Shown here in pieces: positions 17,603-28,111 of a DNA stretch of 64,000 bases. Source of the stretch: an uncultured virus (IMG/VR IMGVR_UViG_3300005512_000019). Its lineage: Duplodnaviria > Heunggongvirae > Uroviricota > Caudoviricetes. The notes under the pieces are model-generated. The model had not been told where the DNA came from, made no database searches, and saw only the letters and a program-made list of their open reading frames with translations. The stretch lies in the IMG/VR virus record IMGVR_UViG_3300005512_000019, one strand, 5' to 3'. The position numbers were made by a program, and so were the translations under genes. Each line of letters starts with the position of its first letter. Within the stretch, counting starts at the first letter, position 1.

Positions 17603-19561
17603 GTGATGGCAGGTGGTGACCTCGGTTCATTGAAGATAAAGCTGACCGCAGACGGGACTGAGCTCAAGAAGGGCTTTGACTCCGCTGAGGACCGCATGAC
17701 CCGTTTCGCCCGCTCCAGCAAGGCCCTTGGGGATGAGCTGGGGAAGATGGGCCGGAGAATGACCACCGCCGTCACCCTCCCTCTCGTAGGGATGGCCACC
17801 GCCGCAACGTTGCAATTCTCCTCCTTTGAGGCGGGGATGCGCAACGTCAATACAATAGCCAAGGAGACCGAGGGCCAACTGCGGAATACGTCCGCCCAGG
17901 TCCTGGAGATGTCCCGAGAGCTTGCCATGCAGCCCAAGGGCATGACTGAGGCCCTCTACAACATCAACTCCGCTTCCTTCAAGTCAGCGGAAGGTCTCCA
18001 GGTTCTCCGGGCGGCGGCGGTGGCCGGCAAGGCGGGCCTCTCCGACACGGCGGAAGCAGCCAAGGCAATCACGGCCATCCTCAACGCCTACAACAAGGAT
18101 GCCTCTGAGGCCGGGGACGTTTCGGACATCCTGTTCAAGACGGTTGAGCTTGGTGTCACCACTTTCGGGGAGCTGGCACAGCACCTCGGGGCTACCGTCG
18201 CAACTGCCGCCGCAGCCAAGGTTGAGTTTGATGAGGTAGCGGCCGGGATAGCCACCATGACCCGAGGTGGCATCAACTCCGCAGAGGCCTTCACCGCCAT
18301 GAATCGTTTTCTCATGGCGTTTATTGAGAACAAGGAGGAGCTTGCGGCCATGTTCAAGGAGTTTGGCTACGGCTCCGCCATGGCTGCGTTGGAGGCAAAG
18401 GGTCTGGGCGGGGCCGTCCAGATGATAGCCGAGAAAACGGGCGGATCAGCAGAGAAGGTCCGTGCCCTCGGCTTTGAGATGAGGGGCCTGAAGGCGGCTC
18501 TCTCCCTGGCCAGGAATGAGGGCAAGGACTTTGAGGGGGACCTCCGATCAATTGCCAACCAGTCCGCCCGATCCGGGGCCACGATGGACGCCTTCAAGGA
18601 GCAGAGCAAGTCCCTCTCCTTTGCAATGCAGGAGATGCGGGCTGCGATGAGCATAGCGTCCATCACCCTCGGGAAGGACTTGGCCCCCATGATCCGATCT
18701 CTCTCAGGCTGGGTCAGGGACCTCGCAGACAAGTGGACAAACCTGGACGCAGGGACCCGCAAGACCATCATCAGCGTGGGAGGCCTCCTGGCCGCTATCG
18801 GCCCACTCCTCCTCGGGCTAGCCGGAGTGGCCAAGGCCGTCTCGGCTATCTCCACTGCACTCATGTTCCTCAAAGCTCATGCGGTTGGGGCTTCCATCGG
18901 TTTTGGTATCCTGGGGGCGGCGGCTGCGGCCTTTGTAGCCGTCCAGCTCTGGAAGGAGCTCAGTGGGTACAATGAAGAGATGGCCCAACTGAAAGCCCAC
19001 ATCGCAAGCACCGCCTCAGAGGCCATGCAGAAGGAGGCCAATCTGCGTAGCAACCATGAATCCGAGCTGAGGCACCTCCTCAGTGGCGGAGAGATGGACC
19101 CCGAGTTGCCCACGGGGGAAGGGCACATGAATCGGGAGCAGCGCATTGGTTACCTCAAGAAGAACCTTGGATTTGATACCTCCCGCCGGATCGGCCGGGA
19201 GGTCCGGGCTATGCAGCAGCAGGAGGCTCCTGAAGAGGCAGTCAAGACTTGGGTGGACCGAGTCAACGATGAGCTTGCCCAGGTACTGGCCGAGAAGGAG
19301 GCCAAGTGGGATGCAGAAGCAGCCAAGGCGCAGGACCTAGCCCAGGTCACGGATCGGCCCGCCAATCCGGGGGCACTAGAGCATGGCTCCGCTGCCGCAT
19401 ATAGCGCAATCCTGGCCCACCGTGGAGGTAGTGACAGGGTCAGGGAGGAAATGGCAAAGAAGACAGAGCAAAACACCCGCCGGACGGCCGAGGGGATCAT
19501 GGAGCTTGTGGCTGAGTTGACAGGTGGAGCATCAGTGAGGGAGGTTCTGACAGTAGTATGA
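17603..19561 (+). CDS. tape measure protein (TP901 family)
   Basis: LKIKLTADG N-terminus, FEAGMRNV, LFKTVELGVTTFGEL, hydrophobic segment (AIGPLLLGL). Confidence 0.92.
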   Translation: MMAGGDLGSLKIKLTADGTELKKGFDSAEDRMTRFARSSKALGDELGKMGRRMTTAVTLPLVGMATAATLQFSSFEAGMRNVNTIAKETEGQLRNTSAQVLEMSRELAMQPKGMTEALYNINSASFKSAEGLQVLRAAAVAGKAGLSDTAEAAKAITAILNAYNKDASEAGDVSDILFKTVELGVTTFGELAQHLGATVATAAAAKVEFDEVAAGIATMTRGGINSAEAFTAMNRFLMAFIENKEELAAMFKEFGYGSAMAALEAKGLGGAVQMIAEKTGGSAEKVRALGFEMRGLKAALSLARNEGKDFEGDLRSIANQSARSGATMDAFKEQSKSLSFAMQEMRAAMSIASITLGKDLAPMIRSLSGWVRDLADKWTNLDAGTRKTIISVGGLLAAIGPLLLGLAGVAKAVSAISTALMFLKAHAVGASIGFGILGAAAAAFVAVQLWKELSGYNEEMAQLKAHIASTASEAMQKEANLRSNHESELRHLLSGGEMDPELPTGEGHMNREQRIGYLKKNLGFDTSRRIGREVRAMQQQEAPEEAVKTWVDRVNDELAQVLAEKEAKWDAEAAKAQDLAQVTDRPANPGALEHGSAAAYSAILAHRGGSDRVREEMAKKTEQNTRRTAEGIMELVAELTGGASVREVLTVV

Positions 19562-20463
19562 GCATTGAACTGGTCCAAGAGATAGCCGGGAGCCGGACGG
19601 CAAAGGTGTCCACTGAGGGAGCTACCGCTGAGAGGTACTTCCAGGTGTTCACCAGCGGGGGGACCGTCTCAGAGTTGCAGGTGGTAATGGCCACGGGCCT
19701 GCCTGTCATCTACTCCGTTCACCCTGACTCGGACGCCCTTCTGGTCAAGAGCCGGACGGCCAAGCAGCCCCCGGAGGATCACTCTGTCTGGGTGGTCACT
19801 GTCCACTACGAGAATCAGGACAATGATGGGCCCGTCTCCTCCCCCGAGGATGAGAAGCCCGGAGTGTATTTTGGTTTTGGTCAGCGATACCAGACGGTGG
19901 CAGAGCGGGCCTATGATCAGGGGGACAAGCGGGGAGCCCCCTCCAAGCCCATCGTCAACTCGGCCCGCCAGCCTTTTGACCCTCCCGTTATGGCTGACGA
20001 GTCCCCCCGGTCTATCACCATTGTCCGCAACGAGAGCATGGGGGAGTTTGACCCCAACAACGTCCTTGGTTTCAAGGATACGCTGAACAAGGGTCAGGTC
20101 ACCGTAGCCGGGGTGAAGATTGAGGAGAAAACGGGCCGCATGACGGACCTCCGGGCTCAAAAGCTATTCCGCCCGGATGGAGGCCCCTACTACCAGGTGG
20201 TGTATGAAATTCAGATCAAGCCGGAAGGCTGGGCCAGGAAGGTCCTTGATCAGGGTTTCAATGAGAACACCTATGAGGAGGGCTCGGGATCGGACGGCGG
20301 AATTGAGCCCATCAATGACGTCAACGGCAATCCCGTGACGGAGCCCCAGCTGCTGGATGGCAACGGGAGGGAGCTGGCCCAAGGAGCTGACCCCGTTTTC
20401 TTGGAGTTTGATCTGCTGTGGGCGGAGGATTGGGGCAATCTCCACCTCCCGGTAAACAAGTGA
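19558..20463 (+). CDS. distal tail/tail-tip protein
   Basis: Immediately after the tape measure; PIVNSARQPFDPP, LDQGF, PVTEPQLLDGNG. Confidence 0.6.
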   Translation: MSIELVQEIAGSRTAKVSTEGATAERYFQVFTSGGTVSELQVVMATGLPVIYSVHPDSDALLVKSRTAKQPPEDHSVWVVTVHYENQDNDGPVSSPEDEKPGVYFGFGQRYQTVAERAYDQGDKRGAPSKPIVNSARQPFDPPVMADESPRSITIVRNESMGEFDPNNVLGFKDTLNKGQVTVAGVKIEEKTGRMTDLRAQKLFRPDGGPYYQVVYEIQIKPEGWARKVLDQGFNENTYEEGSGSDGGIEPINDVNGNPVTEPQLLDGNGRELAQGADPVFLEFDLLWAEDWGNLHLPVNK

Positions 20464-20467
20464 GGCA

Positions 20468-21019
20468 ATGATGTCAAGACTCACCCCGACCATGTTCACC
20501 CGTGAATCGGGGGAGAGGGTACTGCGCGCCACCAAGGCGGTTGAGCAGACCCCTATTGTCCATCACCTCCTCCGGCGGCGGGGGCGGGTCTCGGCCGTCT
20601 CGGACTTCTGGGGCAAGGTCAACCTCCACACCAAGTACCTCTCCCGAGTAGTGGAGGGGTCCAAGCGTCATTATATCCAGCTCAACTCGGGGTGGCTACG
20701 TTTCCACATGGTGGCCAAGGCTGTTGAGGTGATGTGGAATTATGACATCCTGGCTCCCACTCCAGAGGCCCCGGTGCGCAGTGCCGAGCTGACCGGGAGC
20801 GGGGACGCCTATGCGTGGGTCAAGTTTGACACCGTCACTTGGAGTAATGCCTATGCCTACATCAGCTCATCCTTCCCCACGGAGCCTACCGGGAGCATTT
20901 GCTTTATTCCCTTGTCCAAGTGGCAGGCCGTGATCAAGGATGAGCAGGTGGTGAGCTGGCAGCTGAAAAACTACTATTGGTTGGGAGGAGACGTCAATGC
21001 AATGGGACCGATGCGCTAG
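20468..21019 (+). CDS. putative tail protein
   Basis: Position; N-terminal ERVLRATKAVE followed by a beta-rich region. Confidence 0.5.
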   Translation: MMSRLTPTMFTRESGERVLRATKAVEQTPIVHHLLRRRGRVSAVSDFWGKVNLHTKYLSRVVEGSKRHYIQLNSGWLRFHMVAKAVEVMWNYDILAPTPEAPVRSAELTGSGDAYAWVKFDTVTWSNAYAYISSSFPTEPTGSICFIPLSKWQAVIKDEQVVSWQLKNYYWLGGDVNAMGPMR

Positions 21020-22883
21020 AATACTTGCGGCCCTTCTCGGGACTGCCGTGGGGTGGGCCGGAGCCCTGGAGGAGTACCCGGAGCCCCAGGTGGACGGGTG
21101 GCCTTTCACTAACAGCTGGAAGGGGCTCTCCTGGGAGCAGGTGGTGGATGAGTACAACCCCGTTGAGACGTACTTCAACGCTGTCAATGAGCGGTGGCAG
21201 TCCCTCGGCTATGCTCCACTGGAGCTGAAGGAGTCCATGTCTGTGTTTGACGGGATTGACCCGGATACCTTTGAGGTGCACTATAGGTGGATCACGGTCA
21301 CCAACCACTTTGGCCCGTACACCTACACAGACCAGTACGGGGAGGAGCACACAGTGTACTTCCCCCTGACCCACGGGGCAACGGCTTCCTCCCGCAACCT
21401 CATGCGCAAGCTGGATGATACCCTTCTGGCCATGATCCCGTACTTTGTGGCCTACCCCTGGAAGAACAAATATGAGGAGTGGCTCAATTCAACGGCCTAC
21501 GATACGGGCAACTGGGAGGACGGGGATGGCACCCAGTACTACAAGCTCACTCAGTTTGTCCCCCACGAGTCAAAGGCGGGCCTCCTCTCCCGGCTCGAAA
21601 TTGGGAAGTCACTGGACTGCGGGACAGTTACGGTGGCCGGGGAGGCTTGGGAGATTGGCAACTCCGCCGTGTTTGAGGTTATGCCTACTCAGGTGGTCAC
21701 CAACTTCCCTCTCCAGGAGTACAACTATGCAGACAAGGACCGGGGCTGGATCACCCGATACGGGGACCTGAGTGCGGTCAACCTATTCTCGTGGGTGTCC
21801 ACGTGGTATTTGGAGGTGTACTTGGAGACAGAGGACTATCCCAAGGTGATAGCCTTCCACTCAACCAACGCCCTCTCCGGCTCGGTGACGATCACCAAAG
21901 GTATTTATTGGGACGATGAGGAGGAGGACCTTGAAAACATCCACCCCTCCTATGGCACGCCCGAGACTGTGGTGATCACGGACGGGGAGGGGACCTGTAC
22001 CAGGAAGTGGACTCAGATTGAAACGATGGAGGTGGACATCACTGGGCCTACGGGGTCTGTGGTCTACGTCACGTGGACCAACGCCACGCTCACGGGCTAC
22101 TCCGGCTCACCCACCACGGCTTCTGCTCACTATATCAAGCCCTGGATGGATCGGTTCAGGATCGTTGCCGCCTTGGTCTACAACACCACCCGTTCGGATC
22201 AGATGGAAGGCGGGCGGCGGAGGTGGTGCTGGAATGGGGGTGAGGACTCCTTCCGCTACCCGGCAGACGCCCTGACGGACTACAACGGCAGCTACCCGGA
22301 CGGCTATGGGGGTGACTACGAGTCCGGGGAGGACTGGTGGGTGAGGTTTGCGGGGGGCTGGAATAGCGTCCCGAGTCATTGGGGGGTGTGGTACACGATC
22401 CGCCAGGAGGATGACTCTACTGAGCACAGCGATTATGACTGTGTAGCCTACTCGGAGAATGACAACTCTCAGATGGGGGTCACCAACGATTATTTCAACA
22501 CTGGATCGTGCACGGTGGACTTCTTCATTCACTTGAAGGAGATAGGCTACCCCGAGTGGCCGGGGCAACCCTACTGCCCGGATGATCCGGCCCCCTTCAA
22601 AAACTACTACAACGTGGCGGGCTTGACCGAGCCCGAGGTGTGGGCCCAGTTGGGCTCCTCGGCCTCCGGCTCCTCCACAGACGGGAAGAAGTGGTGCGCC
22701 ACGTGGTGCGGTACGTCCTCCGCCACCCCGCCCTCTGACATCATGTCCCTGGCTTCAGGCTACCCCCTGGAGAGCAACGATTGGGGGACCCCTCCCAACA
22801 ACGGGACCTGGAGCGGGACGGTTGAAGGTTGTTACATCGGCGGAGGTAAATGCGTGATCAAATGGGTATACAGCGTCAAGTGA
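20997..22883 (+). CDS. large Trp/Tyr/Thr-rich acidic protein with signal-peptide-like N-terminus (putative tail/surface protein)
   Basis: GGAGG SD; MQWDRCARILAALLGTAVGWAGA leader; position in the tail module. Confidence 0.6.
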   Translation: MQWDRCARILAALLGTAVGWAGALEEYPEPQVDGWPFTNSWKGLSWEQVVDEYNPVETYFNAVNERWQSLGYAPLELKESMSVFDGIDPDTFEVHYRWITVTNHFGPYTYTDQYGEEHTVYFPLTHGATASSRNLMRKLDDTLLAMIPYFVAYPWKNKYEEWLNSTAYDTGNWEDGDGTQYYKLTQFVPHESKAGLLSRLEIGKSLDCGTVTVAGEAWEIGNSAVFEVMPTQVVTNFPLQEYNYADKDRGWITRYGDLSAVNLFSWVSTWYLEVYLETEDYPKVIAFHSTNALSGSVTITKGIYWDDEEEDLENIHPSYGTPETVVITDGEGTCTRKWTQIETMEVDITGPTGSVVYVTWTNATLTGYSGSPTTASAHYIKPWMDRFRIVAALVYNTTRSDQMEGGRRRWCWNGGEDSFRYPADALTDYNGSYPDGYGGDYESGEDWWVRFAGGWNSVPSHWGVWYTIRQEDDSTEHSDYDCVAYSENDNSQMGVTNDYFNTGSCTVDFFIHLKEIGYPEWPGQPYCPDDPAPFKNYYNVAGLTEPEVWAQLGSSASGSSTDGKKWCATWCGTSSATPPSDIMSLASGYPLESNDWGTPPNNGTWSGTVEGCYIGGGKCVIKWVYSVK

Positions 22884-22895
22884 GGAGATGAGAAA

Positions 22896-24920
22896 ATGGC
22901 AGTGCTAGACATGCGTGAAGTGGAAGTGTACTATGATGTAGCCGGGGATCGGCTTCTCAATTCGGACGGGGAGCAGCTCCGCAAGGAGGACTACCCCCGG
23001 ATTCACTATGCAGAGCAGATACTCTTCCTGCTCCACCTGGTGGATGGGGACGTGTCCACCCCCTTCACGGGATTCAAGGGGGACACCTACACGGCCGTGA
23101 TTGAGACCGATTGGAACCACAGCACGACGGTCATGGTCAAGGCCCTCAATTCGGCGGTGAACGTCTCCGGGGACTGGTCCCTGGCTAGCCCCGCCAACGG
23201 CCGTTTCTCCGTCCGGCTCAACGCCCACACCACTCAGTACCTCGCAGCGGTGGACGGGAAGGAGGAGGACACCAACACCAAGCTGGAGCTGAAGGGCATC
23301 TCCTCGGCCGGCAAGCTGGCGTCTGTAGTCCAGTTGTACTTCCGGTCATTCAACCTCCTGGAGTGGGACGGGGACCTGCCGGAGGAAGTCCCTTCAACGA
23401 TGACCCTGACTCAGATCACCGTTGGGACGGCGATTGTGGAGCAGATCACCATGACGGATTCGGAGGACCTCCGCTTCAACGTGTTCGCAGACCCCCAGTG
23501 GGCTCAGGGTGAGTTCCAGACCACGATCTCAGCCTGCAAGACGTACAGCCACCTGGGTGAGTTTGTGTTCATAGCCGGGGACCTCCCCCCGGCCAGCACG
23601 CTGTTGGGCGTAGCGGCCACCACGGTGGAGGCTTCTCGGGCCGTGTTCCCCTGTGTGGGCAACCACGATCTGGAGGACCCCGCCGATGTGGCCTATATCC
23701 GGGCCTGGGTTCAGAACAACTGCAAGACGTTCACGGGAGTGGCCAACTGGAGCAACGGTCCCTCCGCCGGATCGGACGCAGGCACCCGTCAATACACCAC
23801 CTACTCGTTTGACTGGGATCACGTGCACTTTGTGGTCCTGGATCAGTACGCTTCTCAGGGGGCGGGCGGGGACTACGATTCAGACATTGACGATGCCCTG
23901 TACAATTGGCTGAGGGAGGACCTCCAGAGCACGGACAAGGGGGCCATCATCGTGATTGGTCATGAGCCTCCCTTCCCGGCCTACCGCCATGTGGGCAACT
24001 CGCTGGATGAGCACGCCCGCAATCGGGACAGGTTCTGGAACCTGCTTGAGACCCACCACGTGTCAGCGGCCTTCTTTGGGCACATCCACTACTGGAAGGC
24101 TCATCAGCCCAACCTCAACGGCACGTGGCAGTTCATGGTCCCGCCGTCCCAGGTGGTCTCCACCTACGGGCAAGCCTTGAAGGGCTACCTGACGGTGACC
24201 ATGTCCGGCCGGGAGCTGGTGGTGCAGGAGTACTCAGTGTTGTACGGGGTATCCACCCTGGAGAGCACGACCACCCACGACATCTCCAACGACTACAAGT
24301 CAGAGCACATGTCCCGCCTCCACCAGCTCCCCCGGCAGTCCGGCAACGTCCGCACGGATCGGGATGAGCGGTGGGATGAGGACAAGATTCTGCACGCCGG
24401 CAAGTTTGCGGCGGGTCCGGTAGGGGACAGCCGGACCAATGAGGGGATACCCATGGCGGAGACCTATCACGCCACCAAGGGGGACAACCGCCGGGGGATG
24501 TACCACCGCATCAAGGAGACCACGGACGGGGTGATGACTCGGATCGGGGACGGGGACCTGGACCTGACCGTGCCGGACAATACCACCTGGAAGATGGTGA
24601 TTCACGTTGCGGCCCTCTCCCGCACCAAGAAGGCGGCTGGCTGGACCATTGAGGGGCAGGTGATCCATGACTCCCTCTCCTGCCAGTGGGTGGATGACCC
24701 GATCCCGGCCGTGGCAGACAATCCGCTCGGGGCCACCGAGGGGCACGAGGCAAACATCAGTGATGACTCCAACGGGGTCTGGCTGATCAAGATACTCCCC
24801 GAGGAGGACGGTCTGAAGCTGTCCGTCAAGGGAGAGGCCGGGGAGACCATCCGGTGGTTGTGGTGGGTGGAGGCCTACGAGGTCAGCCTGCCCGTGGTCA
24901 GCAGCGGCTCGGGATCGTAA
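22896..24920 (+). CDS. tail-associated protein containing a calcineurin-like metallophosphoesterase domain
   Basis: FADPQ, AGDL, VGNHD, GHEP and GHIH motifs between beta-rich N- and C-terminal domains. Confidence 0.8.
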   Translation: MAVLDMREVEVYYDVAGDRLLNSDGEQLRKEDYPRIHYAEQILFLLHLVDGDVSTPFTGFKGDTYTAVIETDWNHSTTVMVKALNSAVNVSGDWSLASPANGRFSVRLNAHTTQYLAAVDGKEEDTNTKLELKGISSAGKLASVVQLYFRSFNLLEWDGDLPEEVPSTMTLTQITVGTAIVEQITMTDSEDLRFNVFADPQWAQGEFQTTISACKTYSHLGEFVFIAGDLPPASTLLGVAATTVEASRAVFPCVGNHDLEDPADVAYIRAWVQNNCKTFTGVANWSNGPSAGSDAGTRQYTTYSFDWDHVHFVVLDQYASQGAGGDYDSDIDDALYNWLREDLQSTDKGAIIVIGHEPPFPAYRHVGNSLDEHARNRDRFWNLLETHHVSAAFFGHIHYWKAHQPNLNGTWQFMVPPSQVVSTYGQALKGYLTVTMSGRELVVQEYSVLYGVSTLESTTTHDISNDYKSEHMSRLHQLPRQSGNVRTDRDERWDEDKILHAGKFAAGPVGDSRTNEGIPMAETYHATKGDNRRGMYHRIKETTDGVMTRIGDGDLDLTVPDNTTWKMVIHVAALSRTKKAAGWTIEGQVIHDSLSCQWVDDPIPAVADNPLGATEGHEANISDDSNGVWLIKILPEEDGLKLSVKGEAGETIRWLWWVEAYEVSLPVVSSGSGS

Positions 24921-24921
24921 C

Positions 24922-26745
24922 ATGGACTGGAAGGACTACATCACGGCGGCGGATGAGGCTCTGGAGGCGGTGCCCCCGGCTCCCGAGCCGTCCGGCCGCT
25001 CGGGGATCGTGATGCTGGCCGGGGGCCGATACCTCCCAAATGCCTATGCCAACCTGCACGTGCTACGTGCCACGCACGGGTGTGACCTGGGCATAACTGT
25101 GTACGGGCTCCCCGGAGAGCTTCCTGCGTGGCAGAGGCATGCCCTCCGCCAGCTTAATGTGGAGGTGCGGACGGTAGGGATGCCGGAGCCCACAGGTTGG
25201 AGTGCGAAAGCCTGGTGTGCGGCCAACTCCCCCTACGATCAGGCGTTGTTCTTGGACGCTGACTCCCTTCCTCTGCGAGACCCCTCAGACCTGTTTGACC
25301 TCCCGGCCTTCCTGGATGAGGGGGCCGTGTTCTGGCCTGACATCTATTCCATCCCGGAGGGAGGGGTGGACCCCCTGTGCGCCAATGTTTTTGGAACACA
25401 GCCCCCTCCCTCCACCTGGGAGGTCTTTGCTGTCCCATTCATCCACGGGCCGTCCTTTGAGGCGGGTCAGTTCTTGGTAGACAGGCGGGCATGTTGGGAG
25501 GCCCTCCACCTGGCCCAGTTCTACAGCCGCCACCACGCCCACTACTACAAGTGGGTTTGGGGAGACCCGGACACCTTCCGGTTTGCCTGGTACAAGACGG
25601 CTACCCCCTATGAGTTGATGCCCCGTCAGCCGGAGCGTGTGGGCTCGGCTTTGTTCCAGAAGGACTATGACGGCTCCCTCCTATTTGAGCACCGAGCGGG
25701 GGATGACAAGCTGAGTTGGGACTCCCGCCGGACGGGGCGGGCCGAGTTCATTTTTGAGGAGCAGCAGCTGGAGGGTGTTCGGCGGCTGAGGACGGCATCA
25801 AGGGCTACCTCTTCCGCCCCCAAGCGTCACCTCCGGGTGAAGTCCAAAACCGTCCGCCCCGTGCCGGCTGCTGCTCTCCCTTCCTATGTGTTTGAAGGCT
25901 ATCAGGGAATGGGGGACGCAGTGATGCTCACGGCGGTTGTCCGAGACCTCTGTGCGGTCCACGAGTGTTCAGTGTACCCCCGGATTGGGCATGAGGCTAT
26001 CTGGAAGGGCAACCCCCATCTGCCTCACTCCCGCAAGGCTGTCCGGGAGGCTCAGAGGATCGGGGTGCAGTGGTATGGCCCGCAGGCCCACGCGGATCGT
26101 GAGCCCACCCACCTCATCAACAAGTTCAGGGACAAGGTGTCCCGTCAGCTCGGGCTAGCCATCCCGGCCGGACCCCTGAAGGGGGAGGTGTTCCTGTCCC
26201 CGGCGGAGAGGAAGCCCCTGGTGGAGGGAGACTATTGGGTGATCATGGCGGGTGGTCACCACCTGATTGAGACCAAGTGGTGGCCTCCGGCCTTCTACCA
26301 GAAGGTGGTGGACCTCCTGAAGGGCAAGGTCCGGTTTGTCCAGTGCGGCAACCGGGGGGACTGGCACCCGCCCCGGCAGGGGGTAGTGGACCTCACGGGC
26401 CGCACTACCCACCGTCAGTTTGTGAACGTGATTGCCAACTCCTCGGGGGTCCTGTGCGGGATCACGGGGGCTATGCACCTGGCTGCAGCGTTTGACAAGC
26501 CCTGTGTGGTTGTGGCTGGGGGCCGGGAGCCTGAGTGGGTGTACCGCTATCCCGGCCACCGTGCGTTCAGCCGGATCGGGGAAATGGACTGCTGTCACGA
26601 TCACGGCTGTTGGAGGTACAAGGTGGGGACCCCGGACCCTATGCCGTGCAGCTACCCCTTTGTGATTGATGGCGTCAACTACGCTTCTTGCATGGCTTCA
26701 ATCCCGCCCTCAGAAGTGGCGCAGGCAGTGGAGGACCTGTCATGA
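24922..26745 (+). CDS. bifunctional glycosyltransferase: GT71/Mnn2-like (GT-A) plus GT9-like (GT-B)
   Basis: FLDADS, AVFWPD, WVWGDPDTFRFAW; then GMGDAVML, KWWP, DLTGRT, TGAMHLAAAFDKP. Confidence 0.88.
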   Translation: MDWKDYITAADEALEAVPPAPEPSGRSGIVMLAGGRYLPNAYANLHVLRATHGCDLGITVYGLPGELPAWQRHALRQLNVEVRTVGMPEPTGWSAKAWCAANSPYDQALFLDADSLPLRDPSDLFDLPAFLDEGAVFWPDIYSIPEGGVDPLCANVFGTQPPPSTWEVFAVPFIHGPSFEAGQFLVDRRACWEALHLAQFYSRHHAHYYKWVWGDPDTFRFAWYKTATPYELMPRQPERVGSALFQKDYDGSLLFEHRAGDDKLSWDSRRTGRAEFIFEEQQLEGVRRLRTASRATSSAPKRHLRVKSKTVRPVPAAALPSYVFEGYQGMGDAVMLTAVVRDLCAVHECSVYPRIGHEAIWKGNPHLPHSRKAVREAQRIGVQWYGPQAHADREPTHLINKFRDKVSRQLGLAIPAGPLKGEVFLSPAERKPLVEGDYWVIMAGGHHLIETKWWPPAFYQKVVDLLKGKVRFVQCGNRGDWHPPRQGVVDLTGRTTHRQFVNVIANSSGVLCGITGAMHLAAAFDKPCVVVAGGREPEWVYRYPGHRAFSRIGEMDCCHDHGCWRYKVGTPDPMPCSYPFVIDGVNYASCMASIPPSEVAQAVEDLS

Positions 26746-27464
26746 AGGTATCCGTGCTGGTCTCCGTGTTCCGGTGGCAGGAGCTGTTGCCCTCATTGCT
26801 CGTAGACATGGAGCGGCAAACCATCTTTCCCGAGGTGGAGGTGCTCCTGCTTGATTGTGACCCCGTCTCGTGTCTCCGGGCCGTCCGGCCGTTCATGGAG
26901 GTCCACCCCAACGTCCGGGCCGTCCGGCGGCGGGGCCGATCCCTATATGGGGCCTGGAATGACGGGGTGCTGTTGGCCCGCTCTCCCCTCCTGACCAACT
27001 GGAATCTGGATGACCGCCGGGAGCCGCAGGCCCTGGAGAAGCAAGTCCAGGCCCTCTCCGATCCTGCGGTGGAGGTTGTCTACCACAAGGTGGCCGTCTC
27101 GGAGGAGCCGGGAGGACCCGTGAAGGGCTATTGGAACCACAGCAAGGTTCCCTACTCACTGGGCAACCTGCGCCGCTTTCCGGCCATGCTCAATTGCTTC
27201 CCCATGTGGAGGCGGCGGCTCCACTTCCACTTTGGGTTGTTTGACGAGTCTCTGGAGGTGGGAGGGGATGTTGAGTTTTGGCTCCGGGTAGCCCACCAGC
27301 ACCGCCACTTTGAATTCATCCCCGAGGTTCTGGGGACCATGTGCCAGCGGCCGGACGGCCTCTGTGCCCGGAAGTCCCAAAGGACTCGGGAGGACTTCAT
27401 CAGAGTCCTCCAGAAGTACGGGCTGCACGATCATGAACCAACGGGACTGGAGGAGGCACCATGA
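26742..27464 (+). CDS. family 2 glycosyltransferase
   Basis: VSVLVSV, YGAWNDG, NWNLDDR, GLFDESL..GGDVEFWLR. Confidence 0.88.
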   Translation: MKVSVLVSVFRWQELLPSLLVDMERQTIFPEVEVLLLDCDPVSCLRAVRPFMEVHPNVRAVRRRGRSLYGAWNDGVLLARSPLLTNWNLDDRREPQALEKQVQALSDPAVEVVYHKVAVSEEPGGPVKGYWNHSKVPYSLGNLRRFPAMLNCFPMWRRRLHFHFGLFDESLEVGGDVEFWLRVAHQHRHFEFIPEVLGTMCQRPDGLCARKSQRTREDFIRVLQKYGLHDHEPTGLEEAP

Positions 27465-28111
27465 TGCCGCCCACCTTTGTAGCCCTCGGAGTTGGGGAGG
27501 TGTACGGGTCCTTCCTGAGCGTCCTGGAGGAGAGCATATATGCCCATCACCCTCGGGCCAACGTGATTATCCACGAGACCCTCCCGGCTGGGTACGGGGC
27601 CGTTGAGGAGGGGGACCGGACTTGTGGAGGGTACACTTTCAAATACATCATCATGCTCAAGGCAATGAAGGCTTCCCCTCCGGGCTCCGCCGTGATCTAC
27701 ATGGATGCAGATACCTTCCTGAAGGACTCCATGGCCCCGTTCATTCAGGTGGCCGAGCGGAGGGGCTCCTGCTTCTTTGACGCCTTCTCCCGTTCCTTCC
27801 ACCCCTCTGAGCTCACCTGGGCTAGCTGGAGCCGGCAGGCGGTGTTCACTCGGATGGGGTTTCAGCGGGAGGTGTACGGGGATTGTGTGCAGCCTGCTGG
27901 GTGCTGTTTCCTTGTCCGCAACGATGAGAGGGGCTGGGGATTGATGGAGGAGGTCTTGAAGGCCTGCCACAATCCCAAACTGCATGCAGAGAAGGAGGAG
28001 CCGGAGGACTACGTTGACCACCGTTTTGATCAGTCGGTTATGGGCCCAATACTACACTCACGGGGAGTCAGTCAGCTCCCCTTCCCTGAAGAGGTGATCG
28101 GCATACAATGA
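27461..28111 (+). CDS. putative GT-A nucleotide-diphospho-sugar transferase
   Basis: FKYIIM, VIYMDAD (DxD) and DHRFDQSV motifs. Confidence 0.7.
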   Translation: MMPPTFVALGVGEVYGSFLSVLEESIYAHHPRANVIIHETLPAGYGAVEEGDRTCGGYTFKYIIMLKAMKASPPGSAVIYMDADTFLKDSMAPFIQVAERRGSCFFDAFSRSFHPSELTWASWSRQAVFTRMGFQREVYGDCVQPAGCCFLVRNDERGWGLMEEVLKACHNPKLHAEKEEPEDYVDHRFDQSVMGPILHSRGVSQLPFPEEVIGIQ

